A stretch of 64,000 bases of DNA, taken from positions 85,349-149,348 of IMG/VR virus record IMGVR_UViG_3300027985_000286. The stretch is one strand, 5' to 3'. Source of the DNA: a virus. The translations under genes and the position numbers were made by a program. The notes beneath the pieces are model-generated. The model had not been told where the DNA came from. It saw nothing but the letters and a program-made list of their open reading frames with translations, and did no database searches. Each line of letters opens with the position of its first letter. The first letter of the stretch is position 1. Shown in pieces: positions 18,319-29,008 of the stretch.

Positions 18319-20175
18319 ATGAGCGATAACCTACACTCGAAGTACAAGATGCTGGACGAGCGCGAGCACGTCCTTATGCGCCCGGGGCGTTACGTAGGAA
18401 GTATCAAAGACCACGAAGGGATGTGCTGGGTGATGGATACCTCGAAGAAGAGGTTCCATCACCAGATAGCAAAGTACAACCCAGCGTTCCTCAAGCTCTT
18501 CGATGAAATCATTACCAACTCAGTGGACTTCAGCAAGACACCTGAAGGTAAGCATCTAGATACCATTGAGGTGACCTGTAACGCAGAGGATGGCTTGATT
18601 GAGGTGAAGGACAACGGTGGCATTCCTGTTGTCGTGCACCCAGATTACGGAGTGTATGTGCCAGAGCTGATTTTCTCCAACCTGCGCGCCGGGTCGAATT
18701 TTGACGATACTGAGGACTCTGTAGGAGCAGGGCAGAACGGAGAAGGTGCTGCCCTGGTGGCAATCTTCAGCAAAGAGTTCCGTGTGAAGACTTGTGACGG
18801 AAAGAACTCTTTTGTCCAGGAGTACACTGAAAACCTGCTCTACAGGACAGCGCCTGTAGTAACCAAGTCTGGCGAGCGTGGTACTACCATCAGTTACCGG
18901 GCGGACTGTAGTACCCTAGGTACCAGGTTCGAGGATAGCGTTCACGCTATTGTTCGTCGGGTGTATGATGTTGCAGGCACTAACCCTAAACTCAAGGTGT
19001 TTCTTAACGGTCAGCGAATCGGACCGTTCAAGAGTTTTGGTGATTACGTGCTCCACTGCTACGGAGGCGGTGACGCATCTGACCTTGTGTTCGAAGAGCA
19101 GAAGGACTGGCGAGTGGGGGTTAGCGTATCTGACGATGGCTTCCAGCACATTTCATTTGTCAACTGTACTGAGACCAAAATCGGTGGTTCTCACGTTAAC
19201 CATGTAGCCTATGGTATTGCAAACAAGTTGCGTGACGTGATCTTGAAGAAGCACAAGGTTGATGTTAAACCGCAACAGATTATGCAGTACATGCGCATCT
19301 TCATTGATGCTACTCTGGTTCGTCCTCGTTATAGCTCTCAGACCAAGGATGACCTTATTACCGAGGAACGCGAATTCCAGAGCAAGTTCACCCCAACAGA
19401 TAAGTTCATTAATCAGGTTTTCACCAGCCCTGTTGTTGAGTCTGTTATGAACTGGGTAATGGCAAAGCAGAGAGCGGAAGAGCTTGCAGAGCTGCAGAAG
19501 AAGCAGAAGCAGAAGAAAAAAGAGAGGATTGCGCAGCATATTGAGTGTATTGGAAAGGGAGGCCCCAACAAGCCCCGAGCCTTGCATTTGATGGAGGGGC
19601 TGTCTGCGTGCAACAATTTCATCAACGTCTACAACAGTGACATCCACGGCGCATACCCTCTGCGCGGTAAGGTCCTTAACGTTCGCGAAGAGAAGCTCTC
19701 GGTAATCGCAAAGAACGCTGAGCTGATGAACATTATGGGCATCATGGGTCTCCAGATTGGAAAGCCGGCAACTGGGCTGAACTACGAGATCATCAGAATT
19801 ACCACAGACATGGACTACGATGGTATATCCATTGCAGCCATGCTTATTAACTTTTTCAGCTTCTGGCCAGAACTGTTTGACGATGGTCGTATACAGGTCC
19901 TTCAGTCCCCGTTGTACGTTGCTTCTAAGGGTAAGAACGTTCTGCGCTACTACTCGACCGAGGAGTACATGGATGATGTGAGCAAGGGTAAGCTCAAGGG
20001 GTATACTGTAAACCACATGAAGGGGTTGGGAAGCTTGTCTACTGACGACTACGACGAGATGATCAACAACCCTCGTTTCATTATTGTACGTCGTGACCAA
20101 GAGGCTGAGAAGTACCTTGACATCGCCTTTGGTAGTGTTTCCCAGAAGCGCAAGAAGTGGTTGATGGAGAATTAA
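18319..20175 (+). CDS. gp39: DNA topoisomerase II large subunit (gp39+60 in one ORF)
   Basis: EHVL.RPG.Y.GS, DEIITNS.D, DNGGIP, G.NG.GA, EGLSA, PLRGK, TDMDYDG, KGLGS. Confidence 0.96.
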   Translation: MSDNLHSKYKMLDEREHVLMRPGRYVGSIKDHEGMCWVMDTSKKRFHHQIAKYNPAFLKLFDEIITNSVDFSKTPEGKHLDTIEVTCNAEDGLIEVKDNGGIPVVVHPDYGVYVPELIFSNLRAGSNFDDTEDSVGAGQNGEGAALVAIFSKEFRVKTCDGKNSFVQEYTENLLYRTAPVVTKSGERGTTISYRADCSTLGTRFEDSVHAIVRRVYDVAGTNPKLKVFLNGQRIGPFKSFGDYVLHCYGGGDASDLVFEEQKDWRVGVSVSDDGFQHISFVNCTETKIGGSHVNHVAYGIANKLRDVILKKHKVDVKPQQIMQYMRIFIDATLVRPRYSSQTKDDLITEEREFQSKFTPTDKFINQVFTSPVVESVMNWVMAKQRAEELAELQKKQKQKKKERIAQHIECIGKGGPNKPRALHLMEGLSACNNFINVYNSDIHGAYPLRGKVLNVREEKLSVIAKNAELMNIMGIMGLQIGKPATGLNYEIIRITTDMDYDGISIAAMLINFFSFWPELFDDGRIQVLQSPLYVASKGKNVLRYYSTEEYMDDVSKGKLKGYTVNHMKGLGSLSTDDYDEMINNPRFIIVRRDQEAEKYLDIAFGSVSQKRKKWLMEN

Positions 20176-20495
20176 CAGTGGCTTCAATGGTAATAGACAG
20201 GTACAACAGCAGTGAGCTCAAGGTTTACGTCCAGGGTGAGCTTGTCGCCGATATGCACGTTTCGAAAGTTGGCAAGGCTGCGCTAACCAGAGCCTATAAG
20301 TCCGCAGTCAGTATGGCAACGGCTTTGGGCATGGACCTAGTCATCAACGATAAACCTGAATGGCTGGTTGTCAATTTGGCTAGTGAGTTACTAGGTGCAA
20401 TGAACAACCCTACAGGTTCCAGGAGGCAGAGCGACATCATTGCTGACCTTGAGAGTGCAATGAAGGTTGCCTCAGCCAATAATCCTAGGAAGTAA
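20157..20495 (+). CDS. Hypothetical protein
   Basis: Fills the gap after gp39; true start probably ~20178-20187. Confidence 0.6.
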   Translation: MVDGELTVASMVIDRYNSSELKVYVQGELVADMHVSKVGKAALTRAYKSAVSMATALGMDLVINDKPEWLVVNLASELLGAMNNPTGSRRQSDIIADLESAMKVASANNPRK

Positions 20496-20497
20496 CC

Positions 20498-20866
20498 ATG
20501 GCGAAATACTGCAAGACTAGGAAGGCAGCAAAGAAGCTAGGCAGGCTCTACTACAAGACAGGAGAGGCATGTTTTCGCGGCCACAATGCTCCTCGGTTTA
20601 CGTCAACAGGTAAGTGCGTTGAATGCGATAAGCTCTACAAGGTCAGCCGCAGGAACGCAATCAAACTGGCAACACCACCTTGGGCAGACCTAGGAAAAAT
20701 CCAGGAGTTGTATGACGAGTGCTTTGATAAAGGGCCAGACTATCATGTAGATCATAATATACCTCTACAGGGTGATCTTGTGTGCGGACTGCACACCCAT
20801 GATAATTTGCGTATTCTTCATGGGAGTGTTAATATGAGTAAGTCCAATAGATACGAGGTGGAGTGA
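20498..20866 (+). CDS. HNH endonuclease-like protein
   Basis: TG..C..GH...R......C..C, ATP.WAD, HVDH.IPL....VCGLH...NL......N..K.N. Confidence 0.85.
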   Translation: MAKYCKTRKAAKKLGRLYYKTGEACFRGHNAPRFTSTGKCVECDKLYKVSRRNAIKLATPPWADLGKIQELYDECFDKGPDYHVDHNIPLQGDLVCGLHTHDNLRILHGSVNMSKSNRYEVE

Positions 20867-22242
20867 TGAGCGGACTTGACGATTTGCTTGATGACAACAT
20901 TGAGAGTCCTTTGACGGGTGGGCCTGACTGGCCGAGATTGAGCACAGTCAGCCAGTACATTGATTGCAATTACCGAGACTACGCCAACTATGTGGTGTAT
21001 TCGAGAGCAATCCCTCACATCATTGACGGGTTTAAACCCAGTCAGCGCAAGATCTTCTTTACCGCCCTTAGCCATGCGTTGAACAGCGATGTCAAGACCG
21101 CTTCTCTTAGCGGTATGACTATTGCGTACTCCAACTATCATCATGGAGACGCCTCACTCAACGAGGCAATCAACGGTCTCACCGCAGAGTACAACAACAA
21201 TCTTCCGGTTCTTAAGGGGAAAGGGTCGTTTGGTTCGCGCCTTGTTCAAGAGGCAGCTCAGGCAAGGTATACGAACGTACAAGTGAACAAGGAAGTCTTG
21301 AAGTATTTCATGGACTTTGAAATCTTGCCTCCGAGCGCAGACTCTGAAAACCCTGAACCTGAGTACTACCTACCAATCATTCCTTGGGTCCTGGTAAACG
21401 GAGTTCGAGGGATGGCGATTGGGTTCGCAACATCAATTCTACCGCGCAGCCCTGAGAACCTCAGTAAAGCATGCCAGAGCTTTTTGAAAGGTGATGATAT
21501 TGATCCTTCTCTCTTGGTCCCTGTGTTCCCCAATTTTCGAGGAACTGTAGATCAAGATCCATCAGACCCGCTCAGGTGGTTTGTGAAGGGGTCTTTTGAG
21601 AGGCAGGGTAAGACAGGCATACTCATCACAGAGGTTCCTTACGGTTACGATAGGGCCTCGTACATCGAGAAGCTTGAGTTACTGCGCAGTAAAGGGCGCA
21701 TTACATCTTATGTTGACCGATGCAGTAAGGTGGGCTTCCGGTTCGAAGTCCGCATGAACGGCTTGGATAAGATGAGTGATGAAAAGGTTCTTAGTGACCT
21801 GTACCTGGTTAAGTCGTATAAAGAGAACATTGTTGTCATCAGCCAAGACACCAGCGTTCATGTGTTCGATAGTGCAGAGAGCCTGCTCAAGCAGTTTTGC
21901 ACTGCTCGCTTGGAATTCTATTCTACTCGATACCAGTACCGCATAAAGAGAGATACCGAAGATCTCGAAAAGACTGATGCCAAGATCAGGTTCATTGAAA
22001 TGATCTTGGACCAGAGGATTACCATTGAAGGAAAGACTAAGGCCCAGCTGATGAAGGAGTTGGCAGGTAGGGGTTTTGGTACTAACGTCCTAGACACACT
22101 CTTGTCCATGCCAATATATCACTTGTGCAAGGACAAGCTTGATGAGCTGAAGAGGAAGAGCAAGTCTCTGAGCAAAGACATTGTGACGTGGAAGAACACG
22201 AATAGTACCAAGGCATTCGTTAAAGACCTAGAAGGGGTGTGA
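20863..22242 (+). CDS. gp52: DNA topoisomerase II medium subunit
   Basis: RAIP...DGFKP.QRK, YHHGD.S, G.FGSR, A..RY (catalytic Tyr), EP..YLPIIP..LVNG..G...GF. Confidence 0.96.
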   Translation: MMSGLDDLLDDNIESPLTGGPDWPRLSTVSQYIDCNYRDYANYVVYSRAIPHIIDGFKPSQRKIFFTALSHALNSDVKTASLSGMTIAYSNYHHGDASLNEAINGLTAEYNNNLPVLKGKGSFGSRLVQEAAQARYTNVQVNKEVLKYFMDFEILPPSADSENPEPEYYLPIIPWVLVNGVRGMAIGFATSILPRSPENLSKACQSFLKGDDIDPSLLVPVFPNFRGTVDQDPSDPLRWFVKGSFERQGKTGILITEVPYGYDRASYIEKLELLRSKGRITSYVDRCSKVGFRFEVRMNGLDKMSDEKVLSDLYLVKSYKENIVVISQDTSVHVFDSAESLLKQFCTARLEFYSTRYQYRIKRDTEDLEKTDAKIRFIEMILDQRITIEGKTKAQLMKELAGRGFGTNVLDTLLSMPIYHLCKDKLDELKRKSKSLSKDIVTWKNTNSTKAFVKDLEGV

Positions 22243-22299
22243 TATGTGGCCTTTACGGGATTCTGCGGTATTTGCGCATTCTCAAGTTGACGGGACAGA

Positions 22300-23334
22300 A
22301 TGCTCTGGTTAGACACCAAGTACGTTAACCTGGTTTCGTTTCATCTTCAGGGGTTTGTCCAAAAAAAGGTAAACCTCTGGAACTCCTGGTGCTTGATTTG
22401 TGGAGACGATGACCATAAAAAAGGCAAGCGTTTCTACATACACCAAGGAAAGAGGGACCACTCTCAGGACTTGATGTGCACGTGTCATAACTGCGGATAC
22501 CATAAGGAGCTACGCTGGTTCTTACGCGACGTAGACGTGCTGCTTTACAGAGAGTATACACTAGAGCGCTTTACACAAGAAGTCGCGGCAGAACGCTTCT
22601 CAGGCGGTCCTAGCTACACTGTTAAGCAGACTGCTAGCACGCTTCCTGCTGTAGGCGACGACATCCTAACTGGGTTGCAGCGCATTAGCGAACTGCACCC
22701 CAACCATAGCGCAAGGGTTTACTGCGTTGAACGCAAGATTCCTGACTTCGCGATGGACGAGTTTCGTTGGAGTGATGATTTCAAAGCTGTTGCATCGAAG
22801 CTGAATGCCGAGTCGGCTAGAGATCTTCGAGAGAATGATCCCAGGATTGTTATACCGTTCCTTGACGCTGATAACGATGTTACAATAATACAGGGCAGAA
22901 CGATCGACCAAATGGTCAAGCCCAAGTACATAGCGATCAAGATGAACGACAGTGTTGACAAGGTTTACGGTCTATCACGGGTCGACAGGAGCCGACCAAT
23001 CATAGTCCTAGAAGGACCCGTCGATAGCCTATTTGTTGATAACGCTGTTGCTACAGGTGATAGCGACTTGACTAGGTTTAGTGCAGGATCGTCTTATGTC
23101 TTTGACAACCAACCTAGGAGCTACGAGATTGTCAAGAAGGTTCAAAGGGCTATTAGCCAGGGATACCCGGTTTTCCTATGGTCGTCTGCTATGCTTGGTT
23201 TCGACGGCAAGGACATTAACGACCTTGTAAGAGAAGGAAAGGTAGAAGCTAAGGATCTGCATAACATCATTATGGACCACACTTACACTGGAATGAAGGC
23301 AAGGATGGAATTTATACGATGGCGCAAAGTGTGA
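22300..23334 (+). CDS. gp61: DNA primase
   Basis: C.ICGD...CHNCG zinc finger, IPF, QGR, EGP.DS.F, DN.PR, KDIND. Confidence 0.95.
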   Translation: MLWLDTKYVNLVSFHLQGFVQKKVNLWNSWCLICGDDDHKKGKRFYIHQGKRDHSQDLMCTCHNCGYHKELRWFLRDVDVLLYREYTLERFTQEVAAERFSGGPSYTVKQTASTLPAVGDDILTGLQRISELHPNHSARVYCVERKIPDFAMDEFRWSDDFKAVASKLNAESARDLRENDPRIVIPFLDADNDVTIIQGRTIDQMVKPKYIAIKMNDSVDKVYGLSRVDRSRPIIVLEGPVDSLFVDNAVATGDSDLTRFSAGSSYVFDNQPRSYEIVKKVQRAISQGYPVFLWSSAMLGFDGKDINDLVREGKVEAKDLHNIIMDHTYTGMKARMEFIRWRKV

Positions 23335-23368
23335 GTTAAAATAACGCGTCAGTCAAAGGATAGAACCA

Positions 23369-24892
23369 ATGCTTTTTTGTCCAAAGTGCGGAAGTAATAA
23401 CCTAGCTAAGAGTGGTTTCACACCATCAGGCAAGCAAAGATACCGGTGTAGTGTATGTCATATAAAGACGTCATCACCTGCAGGCCACGATCATGTTGAC
23501 GTGGTATTTGATAGAAAGGCCATTAGCAACCATATCAAGAAGAAGTCTGAAGTTTTTGTAATCACGTCTGCTCAGAACGCTACCCCTGTTAACAGTCCAT
23601 TCCTGAACTCGTTGTTGTCATTCTGCAACCATAAGAAAGCAAAACTCATGGTTGTGCCGTACAGGTATAAAAACCCAACCTCAGTGTTTGTGGATAAGGA
23701 TCACGACTGGTGGGATAGTAGCATTATTCCTTATATCGTTGACGAGAACGTGTCCGTCACTGATTCTTTGTGGGTGATGGGAGACATCAAAATCCAGCCT
23801 ACTGCATCAAAACCTCTATCTGGACTCGAGTCCATGACCGGCGTTGAGAGCGCAGTATTCGGCCATCCTAAGGTTCAGCTTCGTTCTATTGCCACTCAAG
23901 CGGGTGAGATGGCAAAGATTATGACTACGACTGGCAGTGTAACCATTCCTAATTACACTAACTCTAAGGCGGGCAAGAAAGGACAGCACCATCACTCGTA
24001 CTCAGCTGTTATAGTTGAGAAGGATGGCGACGAGTTCCACCTTAGGCATGTCACTGCAACAAAAGACGGACAGTTCATTGATCTAGAATATGAATACAGA
24101 CCTGATGGAACGGTTGCTGCCGCACCTCCTGCTCTTGCTCTTGTCATGGGGGACATACATGCAGTCTTTATGGAGCCTCTAGTTGATAAGGCAACCTTTG
24201 GTACCAAAGGCATCGTTCATGCTCTAAAACCAGAAAAGGTTGTTATGCAAGATGTGCTAGACTCGTACGCTGTTTCTCATCACGATAAAAGCGACCCGTT
24301 CAAGCGAGTCAAGAAGTTTTATTCTGGTATGTCTAACATTGAAGATGAGATGAAGAAGACAGTGAAGTACCTGAAGGATAGAGATCACCTTGCTAACATT
24401 CACATCATCTCTAGTAACCACCATAATCACCTTAAGCGTTGGCTTATGGAGACAGACTGGAGGAATGACCCTGAAAATGCACAGTTCTACCTTCACAGCG
24501 CATTAGCTATTGTTGACGGATATCACCAAGGTGTAGATGTCAACCCATTTAAGATGTGGGTCGAGAAGAGTGGTGTTAAAGCAACATTCCATGGTGATAA
24601 CGAGGGGTTTCGAGTTGGCAAGTTTGAGTTAGGTTTTCATGGTGATGTTGGCCCTAACGGCGCCAAAGGTTCCCTGAGTAACTTATCTAAAATTGGCAGA
24701 AAGGTGATTATAGGGCACTCTCACTCCCCAGGACGCGAGGATGGCAGTATTCAGGTTGGTACGTCGTCTAGGCTAGATCTCGACTACGCAAAGGGTCCCA
24801 GTTCCTGGATGCACAGCCATGCGGTTATCTACGGAAATGGTAAGCCTACTCTCATAATGATACTGAGCAACGGAAGATGGAGAAAAGGATGA
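23369..24892 (+). CDS. Metallophosphoesterase with N-terminal zinc ribbon
   Basis: CPKCGS..L.K.G....GKQRY.C..C; GDIH, D..D, SNH, HGD, GHSH. Confidence 0.8.
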   Translation: MLFCPKCGSNNLAKSGFTPSGKQRYRCSVCHIKTSSPAGHDHVDVVFDRKAISNHIKKKSEVFVITSAQNATPVNSPFLNSLLSFCNHKKAKLMVVPYRYKNPTSVFVDKDHDWWDSSIIPYIVDENVSVTDSLWVMGDIKIQPTASKPLSGLESMTGVESAVFGHPKVQLRSIATQAGEMAKIMTTTGSVTIPNYTNSKAGKKGQHHHSYSAVIVEKDGDEFHLRHVTATKDGQFIDLEYEYRPDGTVAAAPPALALVMGDIHAVFMEPLVDKATFGTKGIVHALKPEKVVMQDVLDSYAVSHHDKSDPFKRVKKFYSGMSNIEDEMKKTVKYLKDRDHLANIHIISSNHHNHLKRWLMETDWRNDPENAQFYLHSALAIVDGYHQGVDVNPFKMWVEKSGVKATFHGDNEGFRVGKFELGFHGDVGPNGAKGSLSNLSKIGRKVIIGHSHSPGREDGSIQVGTSSRLDLDYAKGPSSWMHSHAVIYGNGKPTLIMILSNGRWRKG

Positions 24893-25080
24893 TTGAGGTT
24901 TTGGTGTTGATTATATTCTTAAACGGCGGTGCAGTGTACTTTGATGAGTATACGCACAACCCAGGTAGGCTGTCTTGCTCTGAACTAGCTAGAGACATTG
25001 CAGAGCAGCACATCAGAGTAGAGGACCGAGCTAAAGTCCTCTATACAAATCAGGTTTGCAAACCTATGGTGACCGCATGA
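24889..25080 (+). CDS. Small hypothetical protein with hydrophobic N-terminus
   Basis: ATGA overlaps at both ends. Confidence 0.55.
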   Translation: MIEVLVLIIFLNGGAVYFDEYTHNPGRLSCSELARDIAEQHIRVEDRAKVLYTNQVCKPMVTA

Positions 25081-25985
25081 AACAGTACCAGGATATGCTA
25101 CGCTACATCTTGAATTCCGGCGTAGACAAGGAAGACCGTACAGGCACAGGAACTCGGTCTATCTTTGGACACCAAATGAGGTTTAACCTACAGGAAGGTT
25201 TTCCGATTGTTACAACCAAGTTTACCCCGTTTCGTCTTGTTGTGACTGAACTGCTCTGGTTCCTTAAAGGCAATCCAGACATTAGTTATCTCCACAAGCA
25301 CAACAACCATATCTGGGATGAGTGGGTAAAGACGGACGGTACGTTTGGACCCATCTACGGGAAGCAGTGGCGTTCGTGGCCAGTGTGTGATGGTCAGAAT
25401 ATTGACCAGATTACTAACGTCATTGAGACTCTCAAGAAGAATCCTGACGACCGACGAATGATCGTGTCTGCATGGAACGTCGCTGACGTAGAGAGTGGTG
25501 AGATGGCACTTCCACCATGTCACGTTATGTTCCAGTTCTACAGCGCACCGATGAGCATCAGCGAACGAATAAAGATTGGAGACGAAGAAGGCAAGCTCTT
25601 TAGCCGATCGTTTTACGACGACCTTCAGCATTCTTTCCTTGATCAGGTTGGCATTCCACGCCGCAGGCTTTCCTGCCAGCTCTACCAGCGCAGTTGCGAC
25701 ACGTTCCTGGGTGTGCCATTCAACATTGCGTCTTATGCTTTACTGACCCACATGGTTGCTCACTTGACTGATCATGCAGTAGGGGACTTTATCTGGACGG
25801 GTGGTGACACACATATCTACAAGAATCATTTTGGCCAAGTGGTTGAGGTTCTTTCAAGAGACCCTCTTTCCTTGCCTCGACTCGTTATGACGCCCAGGGA
25901 TAGCATTGATGCCTTTATTCCTGAGGATTTTCGTCTCGATGGGTACGAGCACCATCCTGCGATCAAGGCTCCGGTGGCTGTATGA
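25077..25985 (+). CDS. thyA: Thymidylate synthase
   Basis: [49 protein letters not shown]. Confidence 0.98.
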   Translation: MKQYQDMLRYILNSGVDKEDRTGTGTRSIFGHQMRFNLQEGFPIVTTKFTPFRLVVTELLWFLKGNPDISYLHKHNNHIWDEWVKTDGTFGPIYGKQWRSWPVCDGQNIDQITNVIETLKKNPDDRRMIVSAWNVADVESGEMALPPCHVMFQFYSAPMSISERIKIGDEEGKLFSRSFYDDLQHSFLDQVGIPRRRLSCQLYQRSCDTFLGVPFNIASYALLTHMVAHLTDHAVGDFIWTGGDTHIYKNHFGQVVEVLSRDPLSLPRLVMTPRDSIDAFIPEDFRLDGYEHHPAIKAPVAV

Positions 25986-26135
25986 GGGCTTGGAATATCG
26001 GTCAGCCTCCGACACCCTGGCCAAAGGATTGGGAACGCAACTGGTGGAAACCAACATCACGGAAGAGAGATTTGATTAAGGCTGCAAGCTCTCATTATCG
26101 CTGAGATTGAGCGGCTCAATAGAACAGAGAGATAA
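25982..26135 (+). pseudogene. Frameshifted small phage protein (WWKP...ALI.AEIERL family)
   Basis: WP.DW...WWKP..R.RDL.KAA continues as ALIIAEIERLNR only after a 1-nt shift near 26087. Confidence 0.55.
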
Positions 26136-26176
26136 AACCAAGCTAAACAGCGGCAACTAACAAAGGAGTTGCCGCT

Positions 26177-26329
26177 GTGGCATATATCAAGTATGAATTT
26201 GCTTGTCACGAATGTGACAACGACATTACAATCTTCTTAAAGGATGATGTTGAAGATGAGCCAACCTTTTGCCCCGTCTGCGGAGTTGCCATTCGATCTA
26301 ACGAACCTGTCGAGGATGATGGAGAATGA
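26177..26329 (+). CDS. Small zinc-ribbon protein (not in the ORF track)
   Basis: GTG start, AAGGAG RBS; ACHEC...FCPVCG; overlaps the next ATG. Confidence 0.65.
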   Translation: MAYIKYEFACHECDNDITIFLKDDVEDEPTFCPVCGVAIRSNEPVEDDGE

Positions 26330-26910
26330 TTCTCGCAGGGTTGGACTATTCAATCACTTCTCCGGGGTTGACGATTGTAAATACACAGAAACCTTTAAGG
26401 TTCGAGAACATGGAAATGTTCTTCGTGACAACAAAGAAGGCGTTGGTAGGAGACTTCAAGAACCTACACGGGTTTCAGTATCCAGAGTGGAAGTGTGCAG
26501 AGGAGAGGTACCACAAGTTAGCCCAGATGTACTTCGGCATATTGAAGAGGTTTGGCGTAGACGTTTTGATGCTGGAAGATTACTCCTACTCCAGCAGCAA
26601 CCAAACACTCAATCTTGCAGAAGCACTATCGGTGCTGAAACAGTTCATGTGGGAGTCTGGCTTGAACTATTTCTCTATTCCACCCTCAAAGCTAAAAAAG
26701 CAAAGTACCGGGAAGGGAAACGCAGACAAATCTACAATGATCCGCTCGTTCTATTCACGTGAGAAGTGCCAAACGTTTAATGAAATACTTGGCATCAAGA
26801 GTGAAAAGGTTGACGCTAAGCCTATTGACGACTTGGTGGACTCCGCGTGGCTGGCCATTGCACTATATGAGTCAGATCTTTGGAAAACAGTTAACAGAGA
26901 AGGAAAATAG
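26326..26910 (+). CDS. RuvC-like Holliday junction resolvase
   Basis: GLDYS.TSPG, LEDY, P...KK..TGKGNA.K..M, DD.VD. Confidence 0.85.
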   Translation: MILAGLDYSITSPGLTIVNTQKPLRFENMEMFFVTTKKALVGDFKNLHGFQYPEWKCAEERYHKLAQMYFGILKRFGVDVLMLEDYSYSSSNQTLNLAEALSVLKQFMWESGLNYFSIPPSKLKKQSTGKGNADKSTMIRSFYSREKCQTFNEILGIKSEKVDAKPIDDLVDSAWLAIALYESDLWKTVNREGK

Positions 26911-26914
26911 AATA

Positions 26915-27376
26915 GTGACTATCAGAATCCCTACTAGAGTTGCACGGTACGATATTTCAGAAATCTTCGATCTGCTGAACTCGGATAAAGTTCAGACAGA
27001 AGAGGATGCGCGAATTGTACTATCTTCGTATAAAACACCAGAGCTGATGTGGTTTCTCCGGACCATGTACGCGCCAGACGTCAAGTGGAAGTTTGGAACC
27101 ACTCTACCCAGATGGAAGCCATCTACCCATATTCGCGGTAACACCTATTCGACCTTGTTCCACCAGTTGTCTAGGTTTGAGAGTCTAATTGTTGGGCAGG
27201 GAACAGAGATGACAGATAAGAAGGCTAGAGAAGTCTTCTTGAATGCAATGGAGGTGATCCATGCTGACGAGGCTCGTTGGGTGGGTCATCTGGTTAGAGG
27301 TAACGCTGAGAAAAAGATTAAGTTCATGTCTAGAGACCTTGTTAACAGAACGTTTGTAGGACTTATCAAGACTTGA
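26915..27376 (+). CDS. Conserved T4-like hypothetical protein (DUF6433-like)
   Basis: ISEI...,W....P.WKP, F...ME..H..EA; GTG start assumed. Confidence 0.6.
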   Translation: MTIRIPTRVARYDISEIFDLLNSDKVQTEEDARIVLSSYKTPELMWFLRTMYAPDVKWKFGTTLPRWKPSTHIRGNTYSTLFHQLSRFESLIVGQGTEMTDKKAREVFLNAMEVIHADEARWVGHLVRGNAEKKIKFMSRDLVNRTFVGLIKT

Positions 27377-27432
27377 CTTTGTGTGAGTTTTGTGTAATCA
27401 TACGATATATGCAATGAACAGGAGGTAGGTCT

Positions 27433-28818
27433 GTGCAAATTAACGAGTATTGCAGAAACAAGTTCTCTGAGATTGAGAACACTTCTTCGAGGTTGGCTAA
27501 AGAGGCAATCATCAAAGAAGTGATGGAGAACCACAGTAAGGAGAGCCAGGTCTTCCTCGAGCTGGTTCGCCTCTCCCTAGACCCTACGATCACGTTTAAC
27601 ACCAAAACGATGCCTGAGGGGTTTGGGATTACGGCAAACCATGCAGTAGTCAGCGCAATGTCGTTTGACGAGGTTGCTGACAAGCTTGTGACGCTGTCCT
27701 CTCTTCGTGGTGCAGACAATGCTCGACTGCTGTCTGCTATCCTGTTCAGTCTTTGCGTTGAGGATGCCTTTATCATTTCCAGGGTAGTAATGAAGGCCCC
27801 TCGAATTGGCGCAACAGCAACCACCTTCAACAAGTTCCGTCCAGGGTTCATCTACCAACACCCGTATATGCGGTGCTCAAGCTTCGACTCTAAAATCATA
27901 GGAAAAAGTATCACTCTTCCTGCTTACAGTCAGCTCAAGGCAGATGGTAGATACAACGACACTGTCATCAACAACGGTACAGTGACCTTCAGAGGCAGAA
28001 GCGGCCTGTTTGTTGATATTGTAAAAGGCAGTAAGATCCTTACTGTGCTCGAGTCCATCGCCAGCGGGTTATCTGTTGTTCTTATGGGCGAGATGATCGC
28101 CCTAGACGAGAATGGTCAGGAGTACCCAAGAGAGAAATCCAATGGCATGCTGAACAGTGATGAGATTGTCACTGAACTAGCGTACCATGATCGTATTCGA
28201 TTCTATCTTTGGGATTGCGTTCCGTACTACGATTGGAGCAAAGGTCGTTGCGAAATCCCATACAAGGAACGCTTCTCTACTTTGCAAAAGATTGTATCTG
28301 GACTGGACGACAACATCCGAGTCGTAGATACCAGATTCTGCGTGGAGGTTGAGGATCTTATTGATCACTTCACGTCCAAGATTAAGGCAGGACTGGAGGG
28401 CACCGTTGTAAAGGACCAGAACCTAATCTGGGAAGACGGCACCTCCAAGAAGCAGATGAAGATGAAGGTTGAGTTCGTGGTTGAGCTGGAAATCATGGAG
28501 GTGAAAGAGGGAAAGGGTAAGTTCAAAGATATGGCCGGGTCCCTTTTGTGCAAGACATCTGATGGCCTCCTTGAAGTGGGTGTATCCGGGATGACCGATA
28601 AGGTGAGAAAGGATTTCTGGGAGAGTAAGCTAACGTCTCCAGGCAGGGTGATAAGTGTGCGTGCAAATGGTATTACTAACGCCGGCGATACGTATAGCCT
28701 TTACCTTCCACGGTTTAATGGTGAGCGCGATGATAAGCTCGTCGCTGATGATCTCCCAAGGGTTAAGGAGCAGTTTGCAGCCTTTGTCAACACGGTCAAA
28801 GTCGCGTTCGGAGTGTAG
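27433..28818 (+). CDS. gp30: ATP-dependent DNA ligase
   Basis: QLKADG.Y, MGE, WD, EG.VVK, MK.K, SLYLPRF...R.DK..AD. Confidence 0.95.
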   Translation: MQINEYCRNKFSEIENTSSRLAKEAIIKEVMENHSKESQVFLELVRLSLDPTITFNTKTMPEGFGITANHAVVSAMSFDEVADKLVTLSSLRGADNARLLSAILFSLCVEDAFIISRVVMKAPRIGATATTFNKFRPGFIYQHPYMRCSSFDSKIIGKSITLPAYSQLKADGRYNDTVINNGTVTFRGRSGLFVDIVKGSKILTVLESIASGLSVVLMGEMIALDENGQEYPREKSNGMLNSDEIVTELAYHDRIRFYLWDCVPYYDWSKGRCEIPYKERFSTLQKIVSGLDDNIRVVDTRFCVEVEDLIDHFTSKIKAGLEGTVVKDQNLIWEDGTSKKQMKMKVEFVVELEIMEVKEGKGKFKDMAGSLLCKTSDGLLEVGVSGMTDKVRKDFWESKLTSPGRVISVRANGITNAGDTYSLYLPRFNGERDDKLVADDLPRVKEQFAAFVNTVKVAFGV

Positions 28819-29008
28819 CAAGAAGATGGATTTTAGTCTTCTACCATACAATACGGATAGGGTGTACGTGATTGGTGTCGACAAGTCTGGCACTAAGGTA
28901 TATGTGCCTATTCGCGATTTGGGTACAGTGTACCAACAAAGTGCCAGGGAAGAGCTTCAAGAGTATTTGGACACACAACCTGCTCCGGCCAGAGTAAGGA
29001 AGAAGTAG

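Noticed and set aside
23369-23480. IS1-type insertion sequence
   Set aside because: The zinc ribbon is fused in frame to a phosphoesterase; there is no DDE domain or terminal inverted repeats.
25545-25665. Intron or intein in thyA
   Set aside because: The ~40-aa in-frame insertion has no intein or intron hallmarks and sits in a variable loop.
26244-26762. 172-aa alternative-frame ORF
   Set aside because: It overlaps the RuvC-like gene and the zinc-ribbon ORF, which carry recognisable motifs.
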